Source of the DNA: Azolla caroliniana
Lineage: Eukaryota; Plantae; Polypodiophyta
NCBI GenBank assembly: GCA_043228905.1
Contig: JBHGNT010000022.1
Location: 620,001-684,000 of the forward strand
Length of the DNA: 64,000 bases
Reading direction: 5' to 3'
Shown here: piece by piece, positions 1 through 12,900 of the stretch
Position numbering within the stretch: position 1 is the stretch's first letter
How the letters are laid out: each line of letters opens with the position of its first letter
Notes under the pieces: generated by a model
Seen by the model: the letters and a program-made list of their open reading frames with translations, nothing else
Told to the model about the DNA's origin: nothing
The model's database searches: none
Program-made: the position numbers and the translations under genes

Positions 1-1262
1 ATCGGTGGGTGTAGGTACTTCGTTACCTTCATTGACGACTATTCACGTCATACTTGGATATGCCCGATGAAGTCGAAAAGTGAGGTCTTCTCCCACTTTC
101 TTAAGTTAAAGAATCATGTGGAAAATGAGACAAATCGCAAGATTCGACGTTATGGTCTAATGGTGGCCAAGAATACTTCTTTAGCGAGTTCAAGGCCTTT
201 CTCGAAGAGAAGGGAATTCACCCGGAATTTTCTTGTCGGTACACACCACAACAAAACGATGTTGTTGAGCGGAAGAATCACACAATTCTTGAGATGGCCC
301 GTGCCATGCTGCAAGAGAAGAACATGCCCAAGATCTATTGGGGCAGAGACATCTGTTATGACTGTGTACAATAGGTGTACAACCGAGGGTGTCCATGACA
401 TCACCCCTCAGGAGAAGTATTTTGGGACAAAGCCATATCTTTCGCACTTGAGGTCATTCAAACTCCAGAAGGGTTCCTACTCTCACAACAACACTATGTG
501 TTGAACTTGCTCTACAAGTTCGGAATGACCGAGTATAAGTCCATCTCGACGTCCCTTGATCGAAATATGAAGTGAACTACAGATTCTGGTAAATTCTGCA
601 AGCCGACACAGTATCGCCAAATAATTGGGAGTCTTATCTACCTAACTATCACCTAACTAGACCTTAGCTATCGGGTTGGGTTTTGTAGCCAATTCATGCA
701 AAACCCCCTGCAACACTCACATGGATTGTGCTAAGCAAGTGTTATGTTATGTTAGTGGAACACTTGATTATGGTATCTTCTATAAGTGTGGAGTACCACT
801 TCGACTTGAAGGCTTCACGGATTTTGATTGGGCGGGCAATGCATCTGATAGGAGATCCACTTCGGGATTTATATTTTCACTCGGTAGTGGAGCAATCTCT
901 TGGTGCAGCAAGAAACAACCAACAGTCGCTCTATCGAGCACTGAGGTGGAGTATAGGGTTGCAGTTGTAGTTCCTTCTGAAGTTGTATGGCTAAAAAGAC
1001 TACTAAAAGACTTCAACGAATTGGTGAACAAGCCAATACTGATCCACTGCGATAATCTTAGCAGCATCCAGCTTGCAAAGAATCTAGTGTTTCACGCCCG
1101 GACTAAGTACATCGAGGTGCACTATCATTACATCCGTGAGTTCATATTGGCCTGCAACATTGACCTCCAATACGTTGGCACTAACATGCAAGTGACTGAT
1201 ATTTTCACTAAGGCACTAGGTCTCGACAAGTTACGACAATTCTTAGTGGATCTAGGCCTTAG
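1..1262 (+). mobile_element. Decayed Ty1/copia pol fragment: integrase core joined by an internal deletion to the end of RT and RNase H
   Basis: Integrase-like YFVTFIDDYSRHTW and KSKSEVFSHF; RNase H motifs FTDFDWAG..DRRSTSG, SWCSKKQPTVALSSTEVEY, CDNLSSIQLAKN, HARTKYIEVHYH, DIFTKAL in ORF 676-1332; frameshifts and stops elsewhere. Confidence 0.93.
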
Positions 1263-1390
1263 ACTGTTATACGTTTTAGGGTTAGGGTTAAGGACGATGA
1301 TGATGATGAATGATAACTATGATGATTGGTAATGAAGATAGACATGGTGATGGAGAGTATGATGGTGACAGAGATCATATAGAGAAGCAT

Positions 1391-1708
1391 TGCGGGGTGG
1401 GGGGTGGTGCCTAGAATGGCTCCACCCCCCTCCCAAGGGGGTTCAACGTGAGAGAGGGAGAGAGAAGAGAAAAGGTGTCAAAGAGAGAGAGATTAGAGAG
1501 AAAATGTTCATTCATATTTCATTCATTCCCCATAAGGGGTTAAATAGTACAAGAGGGGGTAGATACATAGGGGTGTAAGCCCCCTCGAGCATTCATACTG
1601 GACACTCACTCACATCTCCTCGTATCCATCCACATGCACACACGTGTGCATGTGTTCACATACGTATAGACTCACAATTACATTTATGCCCCCTACACAC
1701 ACACAACA
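1391..1708 (-). mobile_element. Solo LTR-like element, related to 5898-6257
   Basis: TG...CA termini; flanks AGCAT/ATCAT (4/5 TSD match); 1391-1440 is a near reverse complement of 6203-6250. Confidence 0.65.
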
Positions 1709-2108
1709 ATCATCATGATAACATTTGACCCTCGCTCATCACATTGACTCTCCATACATCTCATACAGGGTAACACAGACCACTTGATATGTTGAGCTTG
1801 GGGGATAGTACAAGTACAAAAATGAAGGAAAATATGGAGAATCAGCACCATACAAGAGGAAGAGTGAGACCGACATCGACAAAGTAAGGCCAACACATCT
1901 AATCCGACTTGACTTGACAAGTTAGAGGAAGACTTTCCAAAGCCCGGAATTTTTGAAGCTCGAATTTTTGGATTGGCAAGATCAACATTACTAGATCAAG
2001 ATCAAGTACATAGGAACAATGGGAAAACCACGGTCTAGTAGTTCGACCAACTGCAGTTGGGTCTTCAATTGCACCAAGATAACCAACCTTAAGAGGACAC
2101 ACAATTGA

Positions 2109-2260
2109 ACTTGAGGGGGTGTGTTGAGAATCAAGCTCAACTTGTGTGAACATGTGCTTATGAAGAAAAGGACGATGTGTGAAAAAGTGTGTGACCACAC
2201 TTTATTGTAATCCCTGTAGTTGTCGAGTGTTAATGTAGTCAAAGAATATTAGATATTCTT
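2109..2260 (+). mobile_element. Copia PPT and truncated start of 3' LTR
   Basis: CTTGAGGGGGTG followed by TGTTGAGAATCAAG, the typical copia PPT/LTR junction; right boundary approximate. Confidence 0.65.
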
Positions 2261-2550
2261 ATGACAAAATCGTACTGAAGTGGATATCTTGGTTAGATTC
2301 CACCAACACATTTAATATGGCAGTCCCTTGAGGACTTGTATATAAAACCCCTTTTGCCCATTTTGTTTTGTTGATGATCTTTAGTTAATTAATATAGCTC
2401 TCTTAAGTGCATAAGTTGTCAGCCCCCTACTGTGTTTTTTCTTATTTTTTGGTTATCCTCTCTGATTCGTGCTCCTGCTTATACACTCACTCTCTCTCTC
2501 TCACACACACTGTTCTGAATACTCAACTCTACTAGAGTTAGATTCTTTAC

Positions 2551-4107
2551 AGGCACACTTGAGGGTGTTCGGTAACATAGCATATGTGCATGTGCTGACG
2601 GAGAATTGGCAGAAGCTAGACACAAAAGACGAGAAGTGTATCTTGGTCGGCTACTTGGATGAGCAGAAGGGTTATAAGTGTTATAACCCCCGAATGAAGC
2701 AGGTTTGAGTCCGTCGAGATGTCGTATTCAACGAGTCAGCTTCATTGTATTTGCCTCCATCTCCAACCCCCATCAACTCCATTATGAATTCTGAGGATGA
2801 CGCCAGTGAGGCCGAGATGCCACTAGATGTGGAGGAAAGAATTAGAGCTCTAGATGAGAGTCCGATCTCATTACGGCTAAGTGGGCCGAATGGGGGCTTG
2901 AGCCGAAATGGTCAACCGGATGAACAGTCGTCGTGCAGTCCCCGTGTTAGAAACTGAGAAAATGGTTTACACGCAAGGAGAAGGGGAAGATGAAGATGCC
3001 AGAGTATGACATAGAAACCGGCGCATCGGATCGAAGTGAATCCGAAATGGCGAAGAGCAAGGATGGACCTCCGAAGATGAGGTCGGACTTGGCCAAGAGG
3101 ACCTTGAAATTGGCCAACCAGAAGTTGTGTCGATCCACCCGCCAAAAGAACCTCGTAATCCGGTACAGGTACAATGAGTATATGATGCATCATTATGCAT
3201 ACATGGTGAAGGTGTCATAGACACACCAACTGCGGACTCAGACGGAGCACGAATGATGGGGTTGTGAGCGTGGAACTTAAGAAGTTGGGAACGACACAAG
3301 AGCATTAAGATAGAGATGAACAAGGAGACAAGATGGCATGAAAACGAGGATAATAGATTGATGTGTCAATGATTGGTGGTGAATCCCTTGAAAGGGACCA
3401 AGAGGTTACAAGTATTTATATTGTGAGTTGGAGAGCTATGTAGAGGCGGCGAAGGATGCTAATTGGCGTGCCTCCATGGAGAAGAGATGCGCGCACCAAA
3501 GTAGAATGAGACTTGGGACCTAGTTGACACACCCAAGGGTATGAAGCCGATCAAATCCAAGTGGGTGTACAAAGCCAAGTAGAATGCCAATGGCTTCATC
3601 AACCGATACAAGGCCCGACTGGTGGCCAAGGGCTACACACATTAGCACGACATTGATTACGATGAGACATTTGTGCCGGTTGCCAATATGACAACTATCC
3701 GGGTGTTGTTGGTGGTAGCAATGGCAAAGGGATGGTATTTGCACTAGATGGATGTCAAGAACGCGTTCGTGCAAGGGAGGAACAGGTGTACATGGTACAA
3801 CCTCCTAGATTTCAATCCAGAGTGAACATGTCGGTTATTTGCAGATTGAAGAAGTCCCTCTACGGACTCAAGCAAGCCCCACGTGCCTGGAACGCGAAGG
3901 TCACGCAACGATTGTGTAGGATGAGGTTTGTTCCATCGAAGTCGAACTCTTCACTCTTCATTCGGCAGGGTCGAAGTGGGCCGGTTAGCATATTACTTTA
4001 TGTTGAGGACCTAGTCATCGTCGACGCCGACCTGAAAGAAATCGGCCACGTGAAGTCCCAACTGGCGGCATCATTTGACATGAAGGATCTGGGGGACCTT
4101 CATTACT
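2551..4107 (+). mobile_element. Decayed Ty1/copia fragment: integrase tail, linker and RT
   Basis: HLRVFGNIAYVHV, KCILVGY..EQKGYKCYNP, YKARLVAKGY, CRLKKSLYGLKQAPRAWN, LLYVEDL, FDMKDLGDLHY; interrupted by unrelated sequence at about 3220-3430. Confidence 0.92.
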
Positions 4108-4397
4108 TGTATAAAAGTGCTCTCTGAGCACATTGTATGTACAGAGTGATATTTTGAATTTGAGTTTTGTGTGTTCTGCTCTCTCTGTGTCTCTCCGGTG
4201 TATTCTCTGTTTATCTTGTAGCTTTCTGAGCATTGAAGTACTTGTCAGTACCTCTGTCAATCCTTTTAAGGACTTGTATAAAAGTTCTCTCTTAGCTAGC
4301 ACATTCTATGTACATAGTGATATTTTGGATCTAAGTTTTGTGTGTTTTGCTCTCTCTCTGTCTCTCCCATGTATTCTCTATGTATCTTGTAGCTTTC
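4106..4397. repeat. Two diverged tandem copies of a ~167-bp unit
   Basis: CTTGTATAAAAGT..CTCT..AGCACATT.TATGTACA.AGTGATATTTTG..TATCTTGTAGCTTTC occurs at 4106 and 4273. Confidence 0.8.
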
Positions 4398-5492
4398 CAT
4401 TAAACCTTCATTTTGTTTTTTGTTGATATCCGGCAAAACCGGTTGTGTCTACAAGCTTCCGCACATTAACTTTTACATATATAACAAATAAAATTAATGG
4501 TCTAGTAGTTAAGGCCATTGACTATCTATAAGAGATATAGAGTTTGGATCTTTCCTAGTGTTTATTAAAGAAATAAAAAAAATTAATTCTTTTTTCTGCC
4601 ATTTCAAAACAAAACAAAAATTATGGGAAAAAAAGCATTTAAAAATTAGGCGCCTCAAAAAATGGGGGAAAGAAGGCTTGTAAAAATAGGTGCCTCTTTT
4701 TGTTTAAATAAAAGTGAAGAGGGCTTATTTTGGGGTTGCTCATTTTGTGGTTTGGAGCGTACCATTAGGGTTTTGGCTTCCTCGTCTTCGCTTCTTTACT
4801 TCTTAGTTGTTGTTGTTCTTCTGCCTATCGACATACTTGAGGTTTTTAGGGTCGTTTTTCTCCCTACTCTTCGTGAGTATTTAGGGTTCTTCTTCTTCTT
4901 CTCAAGTGTACCTTCGTTTACCTCGAGTCCTACGTTTGCATCGACTCTTTTGTTCATGTCGACTCTTTCATTTGCGTCGTTGCCTTTGTCTGTGTTAACT
5001 CCTTTGTTCGTCTCATCACCTACATTCACATTGTCGCCATGCTAGAACAATGAAGCAGTCAAAAGAATCTTCTCACTTGTCGAACGTCCTCTCTGGTTCA
5101 AGTCCCTTACGGTCCTCCTTGAGTAGCACACGTGCACACTTTTTTACTCAACAATGTGTCCCTAGTTCTTTTGTTTTGTACCGTGTCCTTGTAATTAGAC
5201 AACGATGGTTTTATGTTATCCAACACAAAGACATGTCATGACAATGGCACACAATAATGAGCAACGTAATGGCCAAGCTAACACCAGTTGTTTATTCCTA
5301 AGTAGACGTGTGTGGGCTATTACATAGTTACTACACATTAAATGCCTTTACAACCAAACTTAAGGCCTTTAAGCATTTTCACACTTGGCCCTTAAGGTTT
5401 GTCTCAATCCCTAAGATTAAAAGTAATGCTCCCTTTTTAAAATCTCAATTAACCCTCATAATCTTATGCTTGTGTGTAGAAAACTATGGTAA

Positions 5493-5601
5493 AAACTATA
5501 GTGGATAAGATATGGTAATGCTTGAAACAAATGTTTTGTCGGATCACCACAAACTATAGTGGATAAGATATGGTAATGCTTGAAACAAATGTTTTGTCGG
5601 A
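5493..5601. repeat. Tandem duplication of about 51 bp
   Basis: AAACTATAGTGGATAAGATATGGTAATGCTTGAAACAAATGTTTTGTCGGA twice, with a short spacer. Confidence 0.9.
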
Positions 5602-5897
5602 CCTTGTATAATGATAGGTAGGGTGTATTTCTTTGGCAAAGAATCTAGTCCATCATTCATCATCAAAACATATAGCTAGATCCGATATTGCATTCTCTAC
5701 GAATGTGTCCATTAAGAAAAGGCTTATTATTGAAAAGATTTTGTCACTTGACAATATATTTATGTCAATACCAAAAATCTTCTAGCAAATTGATTACGAT
5801 CTTTCCACACTAAATGGGCTTGAAATAGATTCCAACATTGATAGGTTGGGCTAATTACATTGTATATGGCCATTATAAGTGAGTGTTAAGTTGTTCT

Positions 5898-6257
5898 TGT
5901 TACCGGTAGGAGTATACGGGGAGGCATAAGGGGTGGAACCAATAATGTGGTTGATGTGTATATGTAATGTGTATGAGTGTGTAAGGATGAGTATGGTTAT
6001 GAACACATGCACATTTGTGTGCATGTGTACAAAAGTGAGAGAGTGGGTCAGTAATGTAACTCCTTTCTTGTCTCATTCTTTTGTAACGGTTACCTCTTGT
6101 ACTATATAAACCCCACCCATGTGCCCTAATGGAATATATAGAATTTCCCCCTCATTTTGGTGTTGTTTCTTATTTGTTTCTCTCTTCCTCCCTCACACGT
6201 AATCCCCCTTGGGAGGGGGGTGAAGCCATTCTAGGCTTCACCCCCCACCCATTAACA
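5898..6257 (+). mobile_element. Solo LTR
   Basis: TGTT...AACA termini; TATA box CTATATAAA near 6102; flanks GTTCT/GTTGT (4/5 TSD match); related to 1391-1708. Confidence 0.7.
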
Positions 6258-6482
6258 GTTGTGTGTACATTATAATGGACACATACATGTAGTGAGGGGT
6301 ATTTGTGTAAATAGCTACAACAATTAGGTTAGCCCTAAAATGTATCTTAGATCAATTTACTCGTAAAATCTCTTTTATGGAATAAGCAAAATAATTATGT
6401 GTGCTAACAATGTTTCACACACACTCTCTCCCTCTCATTATTCATACCCTAATTGGTTCATTTTAACAGTATGCTTCTAATT

Positions 6483-6600
6483 TGTTAGGAATATGTCCCT
6501 CCAGTGAGAGGAGCCGACTGCTCGGAGAGAGCTGACAATCGAAGACAAGGAGTAGCCGACTGATCGGATGAGAGCCGACGGTTGAGCCCGGGGGAATCAC
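6483..6600 (+). mobile_element. 5' fragment of a copia LTR of the same family as 36471-37088
   Basis: TGTTAGGAATATGTCCCTCC is identical to the minus-strand start of the LTR at 37088; CCGACT-type repeats follow. Confidence 0.7.
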
Positions 6601-7104
6601 TGTCAAAACGTGTATGATAGCACGTGAGTTCATCAATAGGGGTTTAAATTAACCATTGAGATACAGAATGTATATATGTAAGGGTATTAATAAATACATA
6701 AAAAATATATTTACATAAGGGCATTATTAATTATGTTAGAAAAAAAAAACATAAACCCATGAAATATTAGATATTTCAATGAGATAATAAAGAATATATT
6801 CTATAAACAATTGTGAAATTTGGAATAGCATACTGTATACATATATACATATACATGATATATACCTACATTTAAACATTACACCCATTTATGCATACTG
6901 ACTAAACATGAATATATCACAAATATATATTATATCATATGTAAATACGTACATACACATACATAAATACATATATGTAAATGCATAATGCTACATACAT
7001 ACAAACAAGTTACACACACATACACACACACACACATAAATAAATTACATACTACATATCATATAATCCATACGTATTACACAATATACAAAACGTATAT
7101 ACCT

Positions 7105-7640
7105 CCCATTGGTTTTCACTTGGGGCATGGTGGTTTGGACATCTCTTGTCCGTGATGCATTTCATTATGACACCGAATCTATGGACCATGGATTTTACAC
7201 TAAATCTAGAAGTGTTCATATAGTACCATTGTTGTCATTACAATTTATAGGAACACGAAAGGAAGTCCAACCCGTATGGGAGATATTGAGTAGTACCACT
7301 ATATATCACATTTGGAAGGTTAGGTGCTCTCTTATTTTCCATCAGCTTAAAACACTACCAGCTGAATTGGTTTCAAATATTTGGTTAGACATAGTTCATA
7401 CTTTGAAGGGACAATGGGATGGTATTGTTGGAGATTTTGATGCTAAAATTGCTCAACGGCATGACTTTATCACTATATGGAAAGCTACTCCATTCATGAT
7501 AGCCAAATGTGGTACTCCTTATTGGCATTTTCAACCTCCGAAATGGTTGTTTCTCCCCCCCAATCACATAGAATTTAAATATTGTAAAAATGGTTACACT
7601 AATGACAGGATATCTTCTTAAAATAAATAAATAAATAAAT
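7105..7640 (+). mobile_element. 3' end of a LINE (non-LTR retrotransposon) ORF2 with A-rich tail
   Basis: FTWGMVVW...TTIYHIWKVRCSLIFH...WHFQPPKWLF resembles the L1-type C-terminus after the zinc finger; (AAAT)n tail at 7620-7640; similar to 35230-35780. Confidence 0.7.
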
Positions 7641-7658
7641 ATATACAAAACATATACC

Positions 7659-7705
<47 letters not shown>

Positions 7706-9626
7706 GTATATATGTATGTACATACATATTCAGCATATCACCATATATACAAACTACAATACTCACATATACATATACATACACACACACATCAGATATA
7801 TGAGTGCATATTACTTACATGTTACAAACATACATCCATATACGATCCATATACATACTAAGCATGAAAATATCACAAAAATATACATACATAAATACAT
7901 TACATATATACACATACGTACGTTCATACATGTGCATATATATATATATATATTCATTCATAGATTGCTATGCATATATACATACATATGCCTACAATGT
8001 TACATATACAAATTTTACAAACATATATCCATACACATACATACATACATACATTACATATGTAAATATATATCACCACATACACAAACATAGACACACA
8101 CATGGTCATACACTATTACAGTACATATATACATACGCATACATACATTAGATATATACATACATACATATTATGCACATATTATAAACACACATCCAGA
8201 GACATTAAATCATGTACTTTGACACATGCATATATGCATACACATACATAGATATTCCACATATCACCGTATGTATAGGTCATACAAATTACAATACTTT
8301 TACATAGACATACACACACACACACACACACATTAAATATATGTATACTTACACATAAATTGGATATATGCATGCATATTATGTACATATTGCAAACAAA
8401 CATCCATATATGAGCAATAAACATACTAAACACGAAAATACCCCAAAAATATACAACATAAATACATAAATATTACATATATACAGATATGTGCATTTGT
8501 ACATGGAAAAACATATATTCATTCATACATTGCTACACGTATATACGTAGACATGCCTATAATGATACATGTATAAATGTTACCAACTTACATCCATACA
8601 TGTACATACATACAATACAATATGTACATACATGCATGCATATGTGCATATATGTATGTGGTGTGTGTTGTATGTATGTATTGTATTGTATGCATGAATA
8701 TACACACATAACACATATACATGTGCCATACGTAGGATACATACATATGCACATGTAAAGAACATACATGCACAGACACATGTCATATATATAATACATA
8801 CAACACATGCAATACAATACATACATATGTACATCAATAGAAAATACACACATACATACATAGACACATGATATATGTACAATACATAATACATACATAC
8901 ATATGTAGAATATATAGAAGACATGCACACATACATGTATAGAACATACAAACACATATAGCACATACATACAATACATACATATGCACATATATAGAAC
9001 ATACACACACATAACACACAGATACATTATACATACTCACATGCCATGCATACAACACAGGCAACACAATACAATATGTCAATATGTACATACATACACA
9101 TGTACACATGCCATACAAACAATGCATATATACAATAATGCAATTGATACAAAATTATACAATGCAACACAATATGTACATGCATGCATATACACATCAA
9201 TACATGCACACAACACATACATATATATATATATATGTATGCATATATATAGAACATACACACCCATATAACACATACATACACACATGCTATATGTATA
9301 TAATACATATACACATACATAGAACATACACAAGCACATAACACATACCATACATACTCACATGCCATACACGCAATATATACAATACAATCTTGTACAT
9401 ACGTACATACACACACCACATACATATATACACATGCACATATATACAACATACACACACATAACACATACATGCATGTACATACACACATATCACATAC
9501 TTATATATACACATGCCATACACACAATACATACAACACATGGAATGCAATACATACATATGCACATGTACAGAGAGCACATACACACATACCCAAAGAA
9601 TATACACATGCCATACACACAATACA
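7641..9626. repeat. About 2-kb low-complexity (CA/TA/CATA) degenerate satellite; similar tracts at 6830-7100 and 12060-12240
   Basis: Almost entirely alternating purine-pyrimidine sequence with recurring sub-units such as CACATGCCATACAC and ATAGAACATACA. Confidence 0.92.
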
Positions 9627-10258
9627 CACAAGAGGCGCAGCATAGGAGGCAAGAAGAAGACATGGTGCAAGAAGAGGATAAGCTGCAATGACAAAGCTGT
9701 CGAGCAACAAAACAATCAGGAACATCCGAGTGCATGTTGGAAATCTGAAATTTTGAGCTCCAAGACTCGATACTGGAAAGTATTCATGGGGATCTAAGGT
9801 TGTATTTCATACACAGATTTTAGATGTTGTCTACAATGCTTCTAACAATGAGCTTGTCAGAACACAGACTTTGGTGAAATCTGCAATTGTTCAAGTTGAT
9901 GCCACACCCTTCCACACGTGGTAGAACATTCATTATGGCATAGATTTGGGGAAGAAAAAGAAAGCTTTTGCTACTAAGACCGAATTTGAGGAAGGAGAGA
10001 CACCTGTTACAAGTGATGAAAGAGGCAAAGAAAAGCAATCATTTTGTCCGTAGAAATGTTGACCGACTCACGGAGAGGAAATTGGACCAGCACCTTGAAG
10101 ATCAATTTTCCAGAGGTCGTTTGCTTGCTTGCATATCTTCTCGACCAGGTCAATGTGGTAGAGCTGATGGTTATATTCTTGATGGCAAGGAGCTTGAGTT
10201 CTACCAGAAGAAGATTCAAAGGAAAAAAGGCAAGACAATTGGACCTGTTGTGGCATGA
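9627..10258 (+). pseudogene. RPS8: Processed pseudogene of 40S ribosomal protein S8 (eS8)
   Basis: HKRRSIGGKKKTW..., [68 protein letters not shown]; no introns, frameshifts and stops, 5' end missing, 3'UTR-like sequence ending in A9 at 10476-10484. Confidence 0.93.
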
Positions 10259-12419
10259 GCAGAAATTATATTGTATGCTTTAGGCAACCGAGGCTTACAA
10301 ATACATTGCATTGTTGGTGTGTGTTGGCTATTTTGAAATGAGTCACTTTCTTTGTTTTGCCCATGCCAATTTTTTGGTAATGACAATCTATAATTTCCTT
10401 TTCCATGTATTGACAGTATGATTAGCTCTTCTGCATAAGTTAGTGTGTTTCAAGAGCAAGGATTTCTTATCAATTAAAAAAAAAGGAAAGAAATGTTGGG
10501 GGTTGGACGTGGGGGGAAAAGGGGAGAGACAAAGAGCAGAGAGAGAGAGTCATGACCGTGATTGACCTCTTCGAAGTGGCCCTTCTCTAGCAAGTAAGGA
10601 TGTGCAAGATGAGCTACAAGAAAGGCAGAATTTGTTGCCATCACGATCCAAACCTCATTCTGAGGGTTCGTGGTTTAGTACCATATCAATTTTTAACCAT
10701 GTTTCTATGTCTGCATGTGTGCATATGTATTTTCATATGCATGGTTATGTTTGTGTGGGTATTTTAATGCATATATGAACATATACACATGCATTGGCAA
10801 CTATCCCTCTCATGTTTTTTTTTCCATGTTAATTTGTGTATTTGTTATTGTCATTTCATAGGCAAGAAAAGTTCTTTTTGTCTTAAGAAGCCTCATGGGG
10901 AGCTCATGGTGTCAGTGCTTCCTTTGGGAAGGACCCTACATAGGTCAATTGGAGTAGATGTTACATTGTGAGGCAAGTTGTGAAGAGTATTGTTGCAGCA
11001 AGACTTGCTCATCGTCCCATTGTCCAGGTATGTATTCGTCTTGTGACCTTGGTGGATGTTGAGCCTTGTTCTTCCCTCATTGTTGCATGTTTTCTCCTTT
11101 TCCATGCAAATAAAGTCATGAGAAAATATTGAACTTGATTCTTCTTAGGAGCTTAGTAGAAATCAAGTTTGGTTGTGCTTATTTGTCAAGGAATGTATAA
11201 TAGTTTAGGAAAATGTATTTGTTGTGTTTCCTTTGTATTCCTGAAATTGAAAGGAAATGATGAGAAATATTTTTACTTTAGGAAACCCCAATCCCAATTA
11301 TTTCCAACTTGGGGTGATGGCTATCCACCTCGAGCTTTGCTGAGGCAGAAGCAAACATTGCAAGAAGACCCCTACATATGGTCACTTTGGTCGCGATGAC
11401 CTTGACTTCACATTTTTGAAGCCAAGTTGGAGTTTATTCATCAAATCACACCCACTTTATTCTTCACTGATTGTGTCCTTGGATTTTATTATCACGTGAC
11501 ATTGTGTTCATCTTTCTTAGTGCTACATCATTACGAGAATGTAAGGTCTTGATTTCTACTTGTTGTAAAGGGAGGAGATTGATAAATAAATAATTGTATG
11601 TGTTGTAATATAGAATTGTTTCCATTACTTTCCTCTCGTCTAATGAATTATTGTTTGTTTGAAACATTATTTGAACCTTCGGTGTTTCATTATCATAGCA
11701 AGTTGGTTTTGCATGTGTTTGTTGCGAACTATATCATCTAAGGAAAAGATGTACTAGAAAGAAATGTTGTATTGCCAATAGTGTGATTGATATGTATGTC
11801 AAATGTGGCTTGACCCATATAGCACATATATTGCTTGATAAGCTTGACATATTGAATTAGTCATATATTCATCTTTTCCTTGTTAAATAATGTTGTGATG
11901 TGAGAAATAATTGAGCATTTGAAGGAACTTCTTGTAGTGATGGAGTATTCATGATGATTGTTGATGAAATTTCATAAAGTTTAAATAGAGAATATCGATC
12001 AAACCAAATAATGAACTATTCAATCTTTATGATTTTAGGTCCAATAGACAGGAGCCACTACACACACAACACATGGATACATACAAACATGCCATACAAC
12101 AAAAATATACAACACATACATGTATATGAACACACACACACACACACACACACACAACCCATACATAAAAATATATACAACATATGTAGTACAATATATT
12201 ACATACATACATACACACACATGTATGAAACATACATGTATCTTTTATGTAAGGGCATTTAAAATTAGATATTTTTAAAATATATATTGGCCCCAAGGGG
12301 TATTTTTATTAGTCCTTTTTTCATAGAAGGGTATCTAAAATAGTAAAAAACATATGTATTAGGGGTTTATAAAAGATGTCATGAATGCACGTGATATAAC
12401 CTCTTTATATATAGTGGAG

Positions 12420-12900
12420 CCCCCGGGCGGTTGAGGAATCGACTCAGAGAGAGTTGATTAAGGTCGAAGACATGACTGGCTAGTCGGGCCGACTAGTCAG
12501 ACCGACTCGATAGTCGACGAATGAGTCGGTTGATTAGTAAGACTATTATTATTATTGGATAATAATAATGGCCATGATTGTAAATAGCCCATTATGTGTA
12601 TTAGTATAAATACACCTAGGGCAAACAAAACATTGATATATATGGGTGAGCCTCTGTAACGTAGCGTTAGAGAGAAGAGAGTGTGTGGGAGCGTGAGTGA
12701 GTGAGCGGTACCATAGCTGTGCTTTAGAAACAGAGGTTGAAAGAACAAGATCCAACGTGAATTGCCATATAATTGTTGTAGCCGAATTGGCTAACTTGAT
12801 TCTTTTCTTGATTGGAGCATTAAAGTTTTTCATTGGTTCCAGCAAGTACTTTCTTCACTCGGGATGTCCTCATGATGGGCACATCAAATTCACCATACTC
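12420..12900. mobile_element. Copia LTR fragment with GACTAGTC repeats, next to a minus-strand copia linker remnant
   Basis: CTAGTCGGGCCGACTA matches the minus strand of the LTR at 36900-36970; minus strand of 12800-12895 resembles the linker at 3060-3170. Confidence 0.5.

Noticed and set aside
1273-1290. TTTAGGG/TTAGGG telomere-like repeats
   Set aside because: Only two units; telo-box-like motifs are common in plant TEs.
4497-4560. Degenerate tRNA/SINE-like sequence (TGGTCTAGTAGTTAAGG...GAGTTTGGATC)
   Set aside because: B box too degenerate; no cloverleaf, tail or TSD supportable.
7599-9797. Many Cys/Val/Tyr/Met- or His/Thr/Ile-rich ORFs
   Set aside because: Translations of the (CA/TA) low-complexity tract; no coding signal.
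10490-12000. Possible TE remnants here and at 32400-33800
   Set aside because: No termini or protein motifs I can identify with confidence.
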